A stretch of 64,000 nt of DNA from positions 7,100,483-7,164,482 of the forward strand of contig SMSO01000032.1 of the NCBI GenBank assembly GCA_004764695.1, written 5' to 3'. The notes below the pieces were generated by a model that had not been told where the DNA came from, searched no databases, and saw only the letters and a list, made by a program, of their open reading frames with translations. A program made the position numbers and the translations under genes. The stretch comes from Schizochytrium sp. TIO01 (lineage: Eukaryota; Protista; Bigyra: Labyrinthulomycetes). Below are positions 43,837-55,648 of the stretch, piece by piece. Within the stretch, counting starts at the first letter, position 1, and the number at the start of each line of letters is the position of its first letter.

Positions 43837-46113
43837 ATGGTGCGCGTTTCCATGGTGCGCGGCGATCTGCCTCCAGCGGCCTTGCTGCAGCAGCTGCAAG
43901 CCCTCCGCGCGGAGACCTTTGGAGGAGACCGTGAGGAACTTGCAGGTGCCGCTGCCATCTCTCTCCAGGGCCTCAAGGCTCTCTTCGACGCCGCTCGTGC
44001 TGCGGAGGCCTCAGCATCAGAGCTCCGTGCTGCCCGCGGCTCGGGCTGGGCTCATGACGGCGCCAATGATTCCGAGAGTGAATCCGAAAATGACTCTGAA
44101 AACGACTCTGAGAAGAAATCCCGCAAGAGGCGACGACCCGTTGCCTCAGGACGCCTAGATGAGCTCCCTGTGGAAGGCTTCGATGCGGAACAACTGTGGG
44201 CTATGCTGGACATGGACAACAAACCCACGATGAAGTACCTCGAAGATGCAGTAGAAAAGCTGACAGAAGCTGGACGTGAGGCTCCTATCCGCATCACCAT
44301 CGAAGACAATGCATCCGAAGAAGAAGACTCTGAGGAGGAAGACGACGGTGATGATGATGAAGATGAATATTCCGGAGAGGAGGATGAGGACATGGAAATG
44401 GACCTCGAGGAGATGATCAAGGCCAAAAAGGGGGCCAAGAAGCAGAATAAGGCCATCGAAGAGTCTGAAGAAGAAGAAGAGGACGAAGAAGAAGAAGAAG
44501 AGGACGATGATGAAGACGAAGACGAAGAAGAGAAGAAGGTGGCATCAGGAGAAGAGTCTGAGGATGAAGAGAACGACTTGAACATGCCGACGGAGATGGA
44601 CGATGATTTCTTTGCATTTGCGGAGATGGAGAAGTTCACTTCGGGAATTGAGGACGAAGACGTGAAATACAAACTGAAGCAGATGCAACGCGAAAAGAAA
44701 CAGAAGGAGCAGGATGTCAAGGAAGCACGCAAGTCTGTCGGCAAGAAGGACGACGATGACTATAGCGACGACGGTGCCGTTGACGAAGCCAACATGTTTG
44801 ACGATGAAGATGAAGATGATAATGACGGATCCTCCATTGACCTTGAAGAGGCAGACGGTGACGACAGCGAGGACGAAGGAAGACATACCATGTTCAGCGA
44901 CTTCTGGGGCAAGGGGTCCAAAAAGACCAAGACCCCCGCTGCTGCCTCAGCTAAGAAACAGAAGCGCTCCAAGATCGAAGATGACGATGAGGATGATGAT
45001 GAAGAAGAAGAGGGAAGTGACGAAGAGGAGGTCTCTGACGAGGACGAAGCCGAAATGGACGTTAGCGACGAAGAAGGGGAAGGTCTCGACGAGCTCGAAG
45101 GTGAGGAAGAGGACGAAAAGGTTGAGCCAAAGGAAGTCCGTTTGTCCACACACGAAAAACAGCAGCTCGCTCTTCGCGAGCAGATTGAGGAACTTGAACA
45201 GGAACTCGTTGGTGAGAAGGACTGGGAGATGACCGGTGAGGCCTCTGGACACTCAAGGCCCCAAAACGCACTCCTGGAGAAGGGTGCCGAGATTCAGGTG
45301 GACTACCTCTCAAGGCCTGCTCCGGCAATTACTGAGGAAGTAACTCGGTCTCTTGAGGATCGCATCAAACAACGTATTCTGGACGGTGATTACGACGACG
45401 TGGAGCGTAAGCTTCCAATGGAGAAGGACGCAGACTACAGACCCAAGGCAGAGCTCTCTATGGAGAAGAGCAAGGTGGGTCTTGGCGAGGAATACGCACA
45501 AGCGTACGAACAGCAGGTCATGGGCCACGCCTCTGAGTCTGAGACAGCGCTGAGCAAGGAGCACGAGGAGTTGCACAATATGTTCACAGCGCTCTGCCAC
45601 AAACTCGACTCCCTGTCGAACTTCCACTACACACCGAAACCACCCACCTTGGAGGGAGAAGTCACGCCTATGAACACAGCCTCCATCGAAATGGAGGAGG
45701 CCATGCCTGTGGCTATGAGCAGCGCAACTCAAGCTGCGCCAGAACAGGTGTTGGCAGCCAAGAAAGGCCGCGAAGGTGTGGGTCGCACTCGCGAGGAGAT
45801 GGATCAGGAGGAGCGCAAGAGAATTCGCCAGGCCAACAAGACAGCCAAACGCAAGCGCCAGCGCCAGCGCGATGCAGAAAAGCGCGTTGTCTCCAGACTC
45901 AACCCGGGCCTCGGCAACAAACATGCCAAGAAGGCCGCAGCGAAGGTCGCAAGTGGGGCTGCTCCAGAGGGAGACAACACCAAATGGACCAAGTCATCCA
46001 GCTTCTTTGCGAAGATGCAGCAAAACACACAAGACGCAGCCGCTGCTCAGCGAAAGGGCGCGGACAAGTCGAACAAAAACAACAGCAGCAAAACTGCTCA
46101 ATTGCGCCTTTAA
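43837..46113 (+). CDS. MPP10: U3 snoRNP / SSU processome protein Mpp10
   Basis: First ATG at 43837. Motifs GFDAEQLWAML, DDDFFAFAEMEKF, STHEKQQ, KDWEMTGEA...RPQNALLE, ITEEVTRSLEDRIKQRI...YDDVERK, KLDSLSNFHYTPKP, KSSSFFAKMQ, plus long acidic tracts. Confidence 0.95.
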   Translation: MVRVSMVRGDLPPAALLQQLQALRAETFGGDREELAGAAAISLQGLKALFDAARAAEASASELRAARGSGWAHDGANDSESESENDSENDSEKKSRKRRRPVASGRLDELPVEGFDAEQLWAMLDMDNKPTMKYLEDAVEKLTEAGREAPIRITIEDNASEEEDSEEEDDGDDDEDEYSGEEDEDMEMDLEEMIKAKKGAKKQNKAIEESEEEEEDEEEEEEDDDEDEDEEEKKVASGEESEDEENDLNMPTEMDDDFFAFAEMEKFTSGIEDEDVKYKLKQMQREKKQKEQDVKEARKSVGKKDDDDYSDDGAVDEANMFDDEDEDDNDGSSIDLEEADGDDSEDEGRHTMFSDFWGKGSKKTKTPAAASAKKQKRSKIEDDDEDDDEEEEGSDEEEVSDEDEAEMDVSDEEGEGLDELEGEEEDEKVEPKEVRLSTHEKQQLALREQIEELEQELVGEKDWEMTGEASGHSRPQNALLEKGAEIQVDYLSRPAPAITEEVTRSLEDRIKQRILDGDYDDVERKLPMEKDADYRPKAELSMEKSKVGLGEEYAQAYEQQVMGHASESETALSKEHEELHNMFTALCHKLDSLSNFHYTPKPPTLEGEVTPMNTASIEMEEAMPVAMSSATQAAPEQVLAAKKGREGVGRTREEMDQEERKRIRQANKTAKRKRQRQRDAEKRVVSRLNPGLGNKHAKKAAAKVASGAAPEGDNTKWTKSSSFFAKMQQNTQDAAAAQRKGADKSNKNNSSKTAQLRL

Positions 46114-47248
46114 GTACCTTCTTGCTATCTACCTCTGTGCCTCTGCTTGCATGCTAATCAACTTCATACCCTCGAATAGAATAAATTACAATTGTTGCTT
46201 TTGATATGATTGTTGTTTTATCATTGTTTTATCATATAGTATGAATTTTTATTCATACGCTCAGGCTGCTTTAACAACAGATCAATTTATGAATACTGCT
46301 CAAATTCAATGTCACCTAGCGTAGACAAGGCACTCTGTTTGGTTCATTCGAAACCTCCAAATTTAAGATTGGCACAAATTTGCAGATCAACCATCAGCTC
46401 CAGGCTGACTGACCTTCACCAAATCATTCATTACTGGGCATTGGAAGTATCGGTTTGCAAATTTTAAGATTGAATAAATTAAGGTAATAGTAGCAACACA
46501 CTTGTTGGTAATGGTCTTGTTCCCCTCCCGGCGTTGATTTCGAGTAAAATCAGCGCATAGAAATGAAGAATCCTCTGGTGGTTATTTTTTGGACAAAATG
46601 AGCTTGAATGATTACTAGTGCACCAAAATTCTATGCCTTTCCCTCGCAACTACCATGTAGCATTTGACCGAGTTTGTTTATTGGCTTGGAGGAAGTAGAA
46701 GAACGAGAACGAGACTGGAACACAATGTCCGCTTGATGAAATTTATCTTAATATAGAACTTATTCAACGATTCATTAATTTACATATAACTTTAATAGAA
46801 ATAACATTGCAATAGTAAGAGTTCTACGTGAACCTTCGTAGACACGCTGAGTTAGACTCCACTTACTTGAGCAATAATAAGGGGAAGCCAATGAGTTTTA
46901 ATAAAACCCATTATCAATTACATCAAAGAAACCAATCCACATGCAATCAAAAAGCGAGCTATTTTTTTTGTTGCGACAATTCCTCTATCTTTGTTTACAG
47001 AGGATGACTGTAGATGACTGTAGAATGTGGCGGATACTCAATGAAGAGAATATAGAACATGAGCGATTGTCTGCAAATCGCAAACTAGAAAGTTGAGTTC
47101 ATCGAAAGTGATGAACAGAATAGTTGCAAACCATATAATGGAAAGCGATGTGTCAACACGCTACGGTGTTTACACTTGATGAGCGAGAAATGGAGCAGAG
47201 CAAACACTCATTTTTAAACACTCATGCCTTGCTGCAAGAATGAGTCTA

Positions 47249-48124
47249 TTAGGCCATGATGCGAAATAACGCTTCGAGCTCGCCTCGGGCATCATCTTCA
47301 CGAAGCTCCACCAAAGAGGCCTCCTCTTGGCAAATATGACCAAAAGGATCGTACTCGTTGTCCCTCATGAAGCGGTCGAGTTTATTCCGCATCCGTGTCT
47401 CAAACATCTTGATATCTGAATCCCGGTGTTTTTGGTGATTATAGTTTTTATCAGAACTTGCGCCCTCCACGAGCAAGCGAAGTTCAATATCCTCAAGATA
47501 CTCCTCCATGACAGCCATGCATGCATCAAGTACAAAGTAGCAAGCGCAGATTGGACTGTGCGGCTGGAAGTAAGAAAAGGTGCGCATTATACGAGGGTTC
47601 TTCCCACGCACGACATCAAAGTAAACGGAGTTGAGATACTTGCACAAGGCTACAACGGTGGCAGAGGCATCAACGGTTTTCTGCGAGTCCCGAATCGCAA
47701 GAATTCTACCGACGAGAGTGTCAATGACAAACTCCTTAAAAACCTCCTCGGCAGTTTGCCGATTAATTTCTTTGGCCAGGTTTGTTGCACCAGTGTAATT
47801 TGCTGTGCGATGGAATGCTTCTTCGAGCCGGACTGAGCGTTGCCGCCACGAATCACGCCTTTGTTCTAGCTGTGCCGCTACAAGCTTGGTGGAAGTATCA
47901 TTGATTGTATACTCTGATGCTTGGAGCTTTGCCAATGTGCTGCGTCTGCCCCCGCGGGTTTGCGGTTGCACTGCAGTGCGTTTACGGTCACCAAAATCTA
48001 AGCCATATAGCTCGTTGTGAGTGGTCAAAAGTCGAGAATCATCGTGGTCAGCCATTGTGAGTGCCCCAGGCTCTAGTGCTCTTGACAACGAAGTGCCGCT
48101 CGGTCGTCCTGCGCAGCCTCCCAT
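47249..48124 (-). CDS. uncharacterised ~290-aa protein with a predicted N-terminal acylation motif (MGGC)
   Basis: ORF 47249..48160. The first ATG at 48124 gives MGGCAGRPS. The C-terminal part looks helical and globular. No family recognised. Confidence 0.72.
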   Translation of the reverse strand: MGGCAGRPSGTSLSRALEPGALTMADHDDSRLLTTHNELYGLDFGDRKRTAVQPQTRGGRRSTLAKLQASEYTINDTSTKLVAAQLEQRRDSWRQRSVRLEEAFHRTANYTGATNLAKEINRQTAEEVFKEFVIDTLVGRILAIRDSQKTVDASATVVALCKYLNSVYFDVVRGKNPRIMRTFSYFQPHSPICACYFVLDACMAVMEEYLEDIELRLLVEGASSDKNYNHQKHRDSDIKMFETRMRNKLDRFMRDNEYDPFGHICQEEASLVELREDDARGELEALFRIMA

Positions 48125-49278
48125 AATAGACTCCTTTTGGCAATTCACACAATCCACCAAGCTTTTGCAGGTATATTATGTGCGTGCGTGCTCACTAGCG
48201 AAGAGGGAGAGGGCTGGCTGTATACAACCCAATTGAAAGACCTCAGCAGCCAACCTCCTTCCGGGTCTGCGATGATGATATCTAAAGCCGATTAGTCAAC
48301 GAAGATGGGTTTGTGAATTGGTTTTCTGATTTGCACCCAACACCTCTGTCTCCATAACTTCTTACTTTCGGCGAGTGAAAGAACTTCTGATCAACTTTTT
48401 CTCATCCCTGCTATCGGTAGCGCTAAGTACTTCTACTGCTAGGTGTTAGTTCTATCGACACTGGCTTGCTCCATGGAAGAAATAATACAAGTAGCCCAGT
48501 CAGTTATACTTGGGTGCAAGTACAATATTCCTCTATAATCTACTTGTCATTAATATACTCTATTTATCAGCCTCCTCGATTCCGACTTGTCCCGAGTTGG
48601 AGCTTGTGCGCACGCGTGGCACCCCAGTGACACCCAGAGGAGGCTCCATTGTGGTGAGCGGTGTTTCCTCTCTGTCCCACTACCTCACAAAAACCGCATA
48701 TATCCCTTACTAAAATATAGTATTCGGTCAGATGTTGGTGAAATGTGGAAAAAATGCCCTTTAATACATGGTAGTGGCAGACACATAAAAGCGCAGTGGG
48801 GGATGTGAGGGTTCACGTGCTACTGATCGAGAAATCTCGCTCTGAAAGCACAAAAGGGAAGTTCAGCGGGGCCACGCGAGCCTCGAATTCACAACTTGCC
48901 AAGTGAGAGTTTTGTTTCCCTACTGTAAGGTAGGCAACACCGCGATAACTCGTGGGCGACTTGTTCAACATCATGAAACGCGTGGCTCTTGACAATCTTG
49001 CAGTCGGAGGTGCTCCGGATGGTCACGAATGCCACAATGCCCGCGACGCATCCACCAGCCAGCCGGTGCCAGGTCAATCAACTGGCTGAGCGATGGAACA
49101 AGCGATCGAGCGACCGAGCGATCGAGCCAGCCAGCCAATACGAGGATAAATAGATGGATAGGTGGATGATTGATAGATGGACCACTTCACCCACGCCAGG
49201 AGCGAGCTGGTGTTCTCGTTTGCTCTCAGCTCTCTAGCCAGGCTCGTGAGCGTCGTTGATGCCTCCTCAAGCTTAGGA

Positions 49279-49325
49279 TTTGCTTTGCTTTGCTTTGCTT
49301 CGCTTCGCTTCGCTTAGCTTAGCTT
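49279..49325. repeat. compound pentanucleotide repeat (TTTGC)4(TTCGC)3(TTAGC)2
   Basis: tttgctttgctttgctttgcttcgcttcgcttcgcttagcttagctt. Confidence 0.9.
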
Positions 49326-51588
49326 TCTTCTTCTAGCTACGAATCGAAGATGGGTCATGTAAACCAGCCAGCCATGTACGGGGATTTGCTCCTCGTCTTG
49401 CCATTCTGGTTTAGACTATCAGAGGATGTTGTCAATGATCACGATCTCACGACCGTTGCCAAGCAAGTGCTGCGATGGGCCTCGATGACCGACCGAGGCG
49501 TGATCGTGTCCCACGAGGGTGGCGAAGGTGCTTCCGGGCGGACTCTTTGTTCACCCAAGCAGCCGAGCCCACCGAAGTTTAGCAAGCAAGCAAGCAAGCA
49601 AGCTTTGGCGCTGGGCGGACCAGTTCTTCGTGCTCGCCATCCAGCGAGCGAACGAATTAGCAAACGTGCGATCGAGCCGAGCTGCATTTACTTCGGTGAA
49701 TAGGCCAGCAAGCTAGGCTTTTCGAGCTCTTTCACCGCCGTCCGGAAGCTGCCTGTCTTCGATGCGCACGTCCCGAGCACAGGGCGCAGAACAGCCACGA
49801 CCCACCAGATTTGCGAGTCGAAGAGAAGCGATGATTCATCATCGTCGTCAATTGTTGTACACGCATACCTGCAAGGCGATGGGAGTGGCTGCGAGCGAGG
49901 AGCAGCAGCATGTATCTCTAGGTAGCTGGAGCAGACTTCAAACCAAGAAGAGATAGATCGATCGAGGGTCTTCGACTGCGGCACTCGCTCACTCCTTCAG
50001 CCCTAGTAGTCGGGTTTCATCTTAATCCAGAGCAGCAGGAGCAAGAGCAGGGCCCTTGGGCAAGTTAAGGCGAGAACAAGCAAGGAAGAAACAGCAAAAA
50101 TACAACTATTCTGGTATTAGAAATCCCCAGGGGTCTTATCTTGCTGGTAGATAGTTCTACCTGGGTAATACATCCCTCCTTTGGGTTTCATGAAATGCAA
50201 TCAATCATTCATCGCCATCGCAGGCAATCAATCAATGTTGTCCAAAGGAAGACGCCCATCTGCCTCGCAAATCGCACCAGCTGGCCATCGCCCTCTTGGC
50301 AGCGCAAAGGCTTGCTTAAAGCAGTGCCGAAGGCAAGGGAGTCCAGCACAACCTGAGGTTGGAAATGAAATCTGTACTATGATGTACTGGATGGTGGGTG
50401 CAATTGGACAACTTAGATCGATATAACCTAATTCTATAGCTCTGTGATAACCTTTGGAGTCAAACTTAAGGGTCGCACCAGAGCCGGTGCGGAGAAGCCG
50501 TGGAGGCGCCTTCTGCTTGAATTGAAGCCTGGAAATTTTGCAACGCATACAATAAGTAGGTATGTATGTATGTATGTATGCAAGGAAACCTCGCGGGGAA
50601 AGGGGTTAGGAACACACTGCGAAGGTAGCACACGGGGGTTCTTATGTTTCTCCAGTGGCTGCTCCTTGGCCCCCCAAATCGCCAAATTTGCGCCAAGATT
50701 CTTGCGACCACCTGACCAATAGATCCCTCTATCGTGAGCTTTCCAGCAGCATCAACAGGTTCTAGACCTACTCATGATTCTATTACTAGAAATATATCAA
50801 AGTCATGGTTTCCTCAAGAGCAATTGATTCTTAGCGGTCATTCCACGGTTGCTGCGTTGTGTGACATAGCGAAACCTCGTATCTTGATCAGGCTGCCATG
50901 TGTCAGCATACTGGGCACTATAGTGATCATTATATGGCTAAGGCGGATGACCGTTGAAGGAGATCGAATTCGTCCTGGTTAGGGAGCTCTTCTCTAAGCA
51001 ATTGAGTCGGTGAGACTTCTGATAAGACCCTAATATCAGCGCAGGCAGGAATATGAGAGGCAGCAGCAGACACACTTAGCAATAAACGACTCCATAAACC
51101 CAGTTTAGGCGATGTCAGGGCTTAAAAATACTTGCAAAGCTTTGGAATGGAAAAGCTAGAAAAAGAAAAAATAGGAGCTAGATACTCTTAGTCTAAGTTC
51201 CAAAGATTGAAGATACCTTGGACAACTCGATTGCATTTTCAATCGAATTGAATAAATTCATAGCAGAAACTATCCTTATAATTTCTTCACTTGGGTAAGA
51301 ACTCTTTACTGTTTCTCAACTTGAGCACTCTCCTCTCCGCAACGTGCAATCGCACCCAAAGCACTTACAGTGAAAAAAAAAAAGTTTTGGAAATTCACAC
51401 AAATTAAAATACAGCACAACCTGACTCTACGGAGACTAGTTGTTTTCGGTTGTATCGTTGAAAGTTGCAGCTCGAGGCAACGAAGGTTACCTAAGTAAGC
51501 TCTGGCACGTCATCTATAGTTGAAACTAAGTTTCCCTAGTCGTGTTGCAGAAACTCGACGAGAAGGATAGGGGAAGAGAGAATTTAGG

Positions 51589-51673
51589 TTATTAAAAATT
51601 ATTAAAAATTAATAAATAATTTTAAAAATTTAAATTTAAATTAAAAAAGATAAATTAATAATATTAAAAATAA
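51589..51673. other. almost pure A/T tract
   Basis: ttattaaaaattattaaaaattaataaataattttaaaaatttaaatttaaattaaaaaagataaattaataatattaaaaataa (one G in about 85 nt). Confidence 0.9.
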
Positions 51674-52972
51674 GGATATTGATGCTCAACAAGTACTATC
51701 GGTTCTGCTCTGCTCACAACTCTCCACCAGAGGTGCCTTCTTAAATGCATGTACTGGTCTCAAGCGCATTGTGATTGTCACAAGTTCGCAACCTCCAGCA
51801 CTCCTCAATTGACGGGCTTAATGGATTGAGCCAAGGATAAATGCCAAAACATAGTTTCACACAGCCCAGTCTAGCGGCTGCGGTAAAGGGTTTGCAGGTG
51901 AATACTACCAGTGCCTCTGGTAACACATAGACTTCCAAAATTGCAATGAGTATTCCTACCAAGGAGAGCTTGTACCTTGCTGCGCTTGACATCAGGCGAA
52001 CAACTTTGGCCTTCCTTAGAAAGTAAACACACGGTTTCCGTTGAAGGGCACAAGATCGCTATATATGTTGGTTCCAATAGAGGTCGTTCATGCTTAGACT
52101 CAAGGACAGTGAGTTTGCTAATTGATTCTCTCATGTGCATGACTGTGTCTGCAATAAATATTTGAGTTTTCTACAGCACACTCTTTCAATTTCACCATCG
52201 TTACTTTGGAGGATAACTTCAAGCCAAACGCTATATTGACAATTTACTTAGTATGGTTGACAAGTCAAATAAATATTGTTCTCTCTTCAGATGTAGCTCG
52301 CTTGGCCACCGGAAACAATTGGAAAGCTTAATAATTTGTTGCAAATTGATTCTTTGAGTCTGTGTTTGAAAAGTTTTATGATCACATAGTTAGGATAGTT
52401 CTGGTCAAATATCCGTTTATAATTATTCACTTCGATATTCATCTTATCTTCCTCGTCGTGCTTTCTTGCCACGGCCCTAGCGTGAAACCTAGAGAGGAAG
52501 AGACCAAGGTCCCAAGTTCGTTTTCTAACGGAACAATTATAAACTGTAATGTTTGGGTACTTTGAATTATACCAAAAGTGAGTAAAGCACTCGTTTTTCT
52601 ACTTATGAGTGAGTTAATTTGGATTCTCAGAGAAGCCCTCTGCTATACTATTCAGAGTCTATTCAAATCCCAAGATGTACTACCGTATTTACATTATGTA
52701 AATGGTTGTAGGTACTCTCAATCTAGAGGTCAAATTAGTAAAACACAATTAAAACAAAAAATCCACTCTCCTCTTGAGCCTCCTAGATATGAGTATAAGA
52801 CGTATTCGTAATTTGAAGCCATGTAAATCAGAGTTTACGGCTAATTTGCAGTATTTTAATACTTACTTAAAAGATTCTGACTTTACTTCCTGCAAACCCA
52901 TACCACAAACAGCCAGTATCAAATGGATGCAGCATACCTCAAAAGACATAGTAAATTTGCAAATTCAACACC

Positions 52973-54892
52973 ATGAGCTCGGTGAACTCATCCAGACCGC
53001 CTTCCACCTACAACTCTACGGCGAACTCGGGTGGAGAAAACCGAGATGCGTTCGGAAATCGTGGCCGTGCACGAAAAAGGGCAGCACTCATAACTAGTAT
53101 ATATTCCAAATTTCTTTGTCTTGTCAATGCATTCCTGCTTATTCTTGCCATTGTCATGTTTGGTCGAGCGTTTGCATTTCAAGCTGGTTTTCGTGAGGCT
53201 CGCTCTCAGAAAACAGTCGAACTCTCGTTTGGGGCGGAAGATGCAATCCATTTAGAACAAGAATTAACCCTGATCCAGGCGTACCGGACAGCGAGTGACT
53301 TTGGGGAATTTTTATGGTTTAATTCCAGCACAAACGGAATATACGGAATATCCATTAAATCAATCGATACTGGAATGAGCCATGTCCTTGGTGTTCAAAC
53401 CTTGGATAGAGCTATCTTTTTCTTGAGTCATGCATGTGTTGTTGAGTCGTCCGAAAATGTAGGTATATTAGCATATTCGTGTGCTTTGACCAGAAACGTC
53501 GATGATGATTTAACTCATGATGATTGTGGAGAAAAATGTGTCGTTTCTACCGACGCTTATGGCACAACTTACACCCCATTGGAATATCATGACAATTTCG
53601 AGCTCGATGAATATTACCGGACAAAGAATAGCATCGGATTCGGTGTTACTTACACTGAAGAACATATTCTCGATATCAGTTATTCTGAAAACCAAACCTA
53701 TAATCTTGTTATGGAGCTTCGGTCGAATGCAAAGTCAAATGCACAAGAAAAGTACGGTATTCCATGGCAAGATATTCTTGTTTGGTTCCTCATGATAGAC
53801 ATCACCACAAATACCCTAGGCAGGCTTATGACATGTCCTGTGTTATGGGGGGGTATCCTTATTCGTAAGACAAAGGTTTTGGTGAAAGCAGACTTGCCAG
53901 GTGGGATGTTCACCTCGCCAGGAAGGGGATTTATCTTATTTATCATGACTGTAGTCTGCGGCGCACAGAATTTTCTGTTCTTAGACGTAGGACAATACCC
54001 TCATTCTTTCGATTCCCACTTTTGGTGCATCTCAAGTATAGCGTCGATGACGAGTGTTATGCTCACAATGTTGTTTGCCCATTCAGAATTTAGATTCTAT
54101 GCTACAGGGTCAATGCTATTTTTTATGGCGGCCCTTGCAAGGGGTCTGACGTTTGAAACCATTCAAGATTCTGCACAGTCTGAGTTGCGTGGCCTTGGTC
54201 AAATTTTGGAACGAGAATGCACTTTGTTCTCTGCCAATGGGACCGTAGTAGGGGCGGCTATGTGCAATATCGCAGACGGGTGTGGAATGTCTGGTCTTGA
54301 AATATTCTATGTTATCCTGTTTGAGCCTTTGTTTGTCACTTTCTTTCTTCTATTTGCATTTGAACTCTTCATCAACGTGGCGAGAAGAATGAAAAACCTT
54401 GTTCACAAACTTCATTTAACAAAAGTAGAGGTTGCCTCTTCATCGAGATCATCTACTGGTAAATCCAGCTCTACGAAGAAAAAATATCAGAATAATACTC
54501 TTACAACGGTTTTTGGAGTAAGTGACTACGACAAATGTGTATTTCTCAGCAAGCGAGGAAAAAGTGTGTTTAGCCGTGCGTGGGCTAGCCCAATACATAC
54601 CATCCTTGGCAAGTTTACTCACGCTAGCACCTTGATTGAGGACGATCTTGTCATGTACGGGCCTATTTTGATGCGCATGAACACTTTTCCAATACTAGCA
54701 GTGTTGGGTAAAATCTTTGGCAAGAAAAGAATCGTCGAGATAGTTATTTCAAATAAGCTATACGTTGGAGTTCTTGCAGATAGGTCAAAGTTAAACTCGC
54801 ATCTTGAGAACGGAGTGGTAATTTCAAACTTCATGGCTGAATATGATTATACTGAAATGCCAGATCTCTTGAATGGAGAACCATTGCAGTGA
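52973..54892 (+). CDS. uncharacterised 6-TM membrane protein with Cys-containing ectodomain, paralogue 1 of 3
   Basis: 639-aa ATG-initiated ORF sharing many near-invariant motifs with 55649..57559 and 61327..63357. Confidence 0.9.
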   Translation: MSSVNSSRPPSTYNSTANSGGENRDAFGNRGRARKRAALITSIYSKFLCLVNAFLLILAIVMFGRAFAFQAGFREARSQKTVELSFGAEDAIHLEQELTLIQAYRTASDFGEFLWFNSSTNGIYGISIKSIDTGMSHVLGVQTLDRAIFFLSHACVVESSENVGILAYSCALTRNVDDDLTHDDCGEKCVVSTDAYGTTYTPLEYHDNFELDEYYRTKNSIGFGVTYTEEHILDISYSENQTYNLVMELRSNAKSNAQEKYGIPWQDILVWFLMIDITTNTLGRLMTCPVLWGGILIRKTKVLVKADLPGGMFTSPGRGFILFIMTVVCGAQNFLFLDVGQYPHSFDSHFWCISSIASMTSVMLTMLFAHSEFRFYATGSMLFFMAALARGLTFETIQDSAQSELRGLGQILERECTLFSANGTVVGAAMCNIADGCGMSGLEIFYVILFEPLFVTFFLLFAFELFINVARRMKNLVHKLHLTKVEVASSSRSSTGKSSSTKKKYQNNTLTTVFGVSDYDKCVFLSKRGKSVFSRAWASPIHTILGKFTHASTLIEDDLVMYGPILMRMNTFPILAVLGKIFGKKRIVEIVISNKLYVGVLADRSKLNSHLENGVVISNFMAEYDYTEMPDLLNGEPLQ

Positions 54893-55648
54893 TTCAGCAG
54901 TAGTAGGTGGTTGCTGAAATTTCCAACCAAAGGAACTAATGGATAACGCATTGTCAGCGTTCCAGACGTTCCATTGTAAGACCTCAAGGATTTAGAGCTT
55001 ACATAGAAACATAAGTAGATAACCAGACTTGCGTGATTAAGAAATCAAGAACCAAAAGTGTACATATATATTTCCTAGAATCAAGTATGGGGGAATCTGA
55101 ATCGATGATGATTGAAGAAACAACTAACCTAACCTTAAATCGTCAATTATGTTTAGCACAGATCAAGTGTGTCTTAGTTTCGTAGTAATGTCATGGTTCA
55201 GTCTGTCTTAGAATCCGATTTCAATAACAGAAGATCACTAACTCTTAAAGCCAACCTTCACCGCGATTCTTGCCTTCAGCTTTATAGTCAACCTCTAGCT
55301 GACTATCGTCATATTTAGCCGCAGTAGAAAGTCGAAAAGATCTTAGAAGATTTTGCCTTCCATCTATCTGCCTAGTATATCCTTAGCAAGTTAAGCTTCA
55401 ACAGCCACTAGAACCCGAAGAACTCGCTATAAGTTACGATCTACCATTATCAACTAGTTTCAAAGGTTGTAAGCTTAACACTTGATGAATTAGAATAAAT
55501 AACGCAACACTAATTTTGTAAGAAAAGGGAAAGAAGCAATTTGTACCTAAGTGCCACAGGGGCTGCTTTTAAGAAGAAGCACTGCTCTTCTAACATAATG
55601 TTCGCCAGAATCAGTTTACAATTATCCATGACAAGGTTCTTCCGTGGT

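Noticed and set aside
44052-45149. poly-Ser minus-strand ORFs
   Set aside because: Antisense of the acidic tracts of MPP10.
51741-52140. Two overlapping short minus-strand ORFs faintly like a gypsy RNase H segment (IAILE...VVFTCKP)
   Set aside because: The catalytic TDH and DAS motifs are absent, and there is no RT, integrase or LTR nearby.
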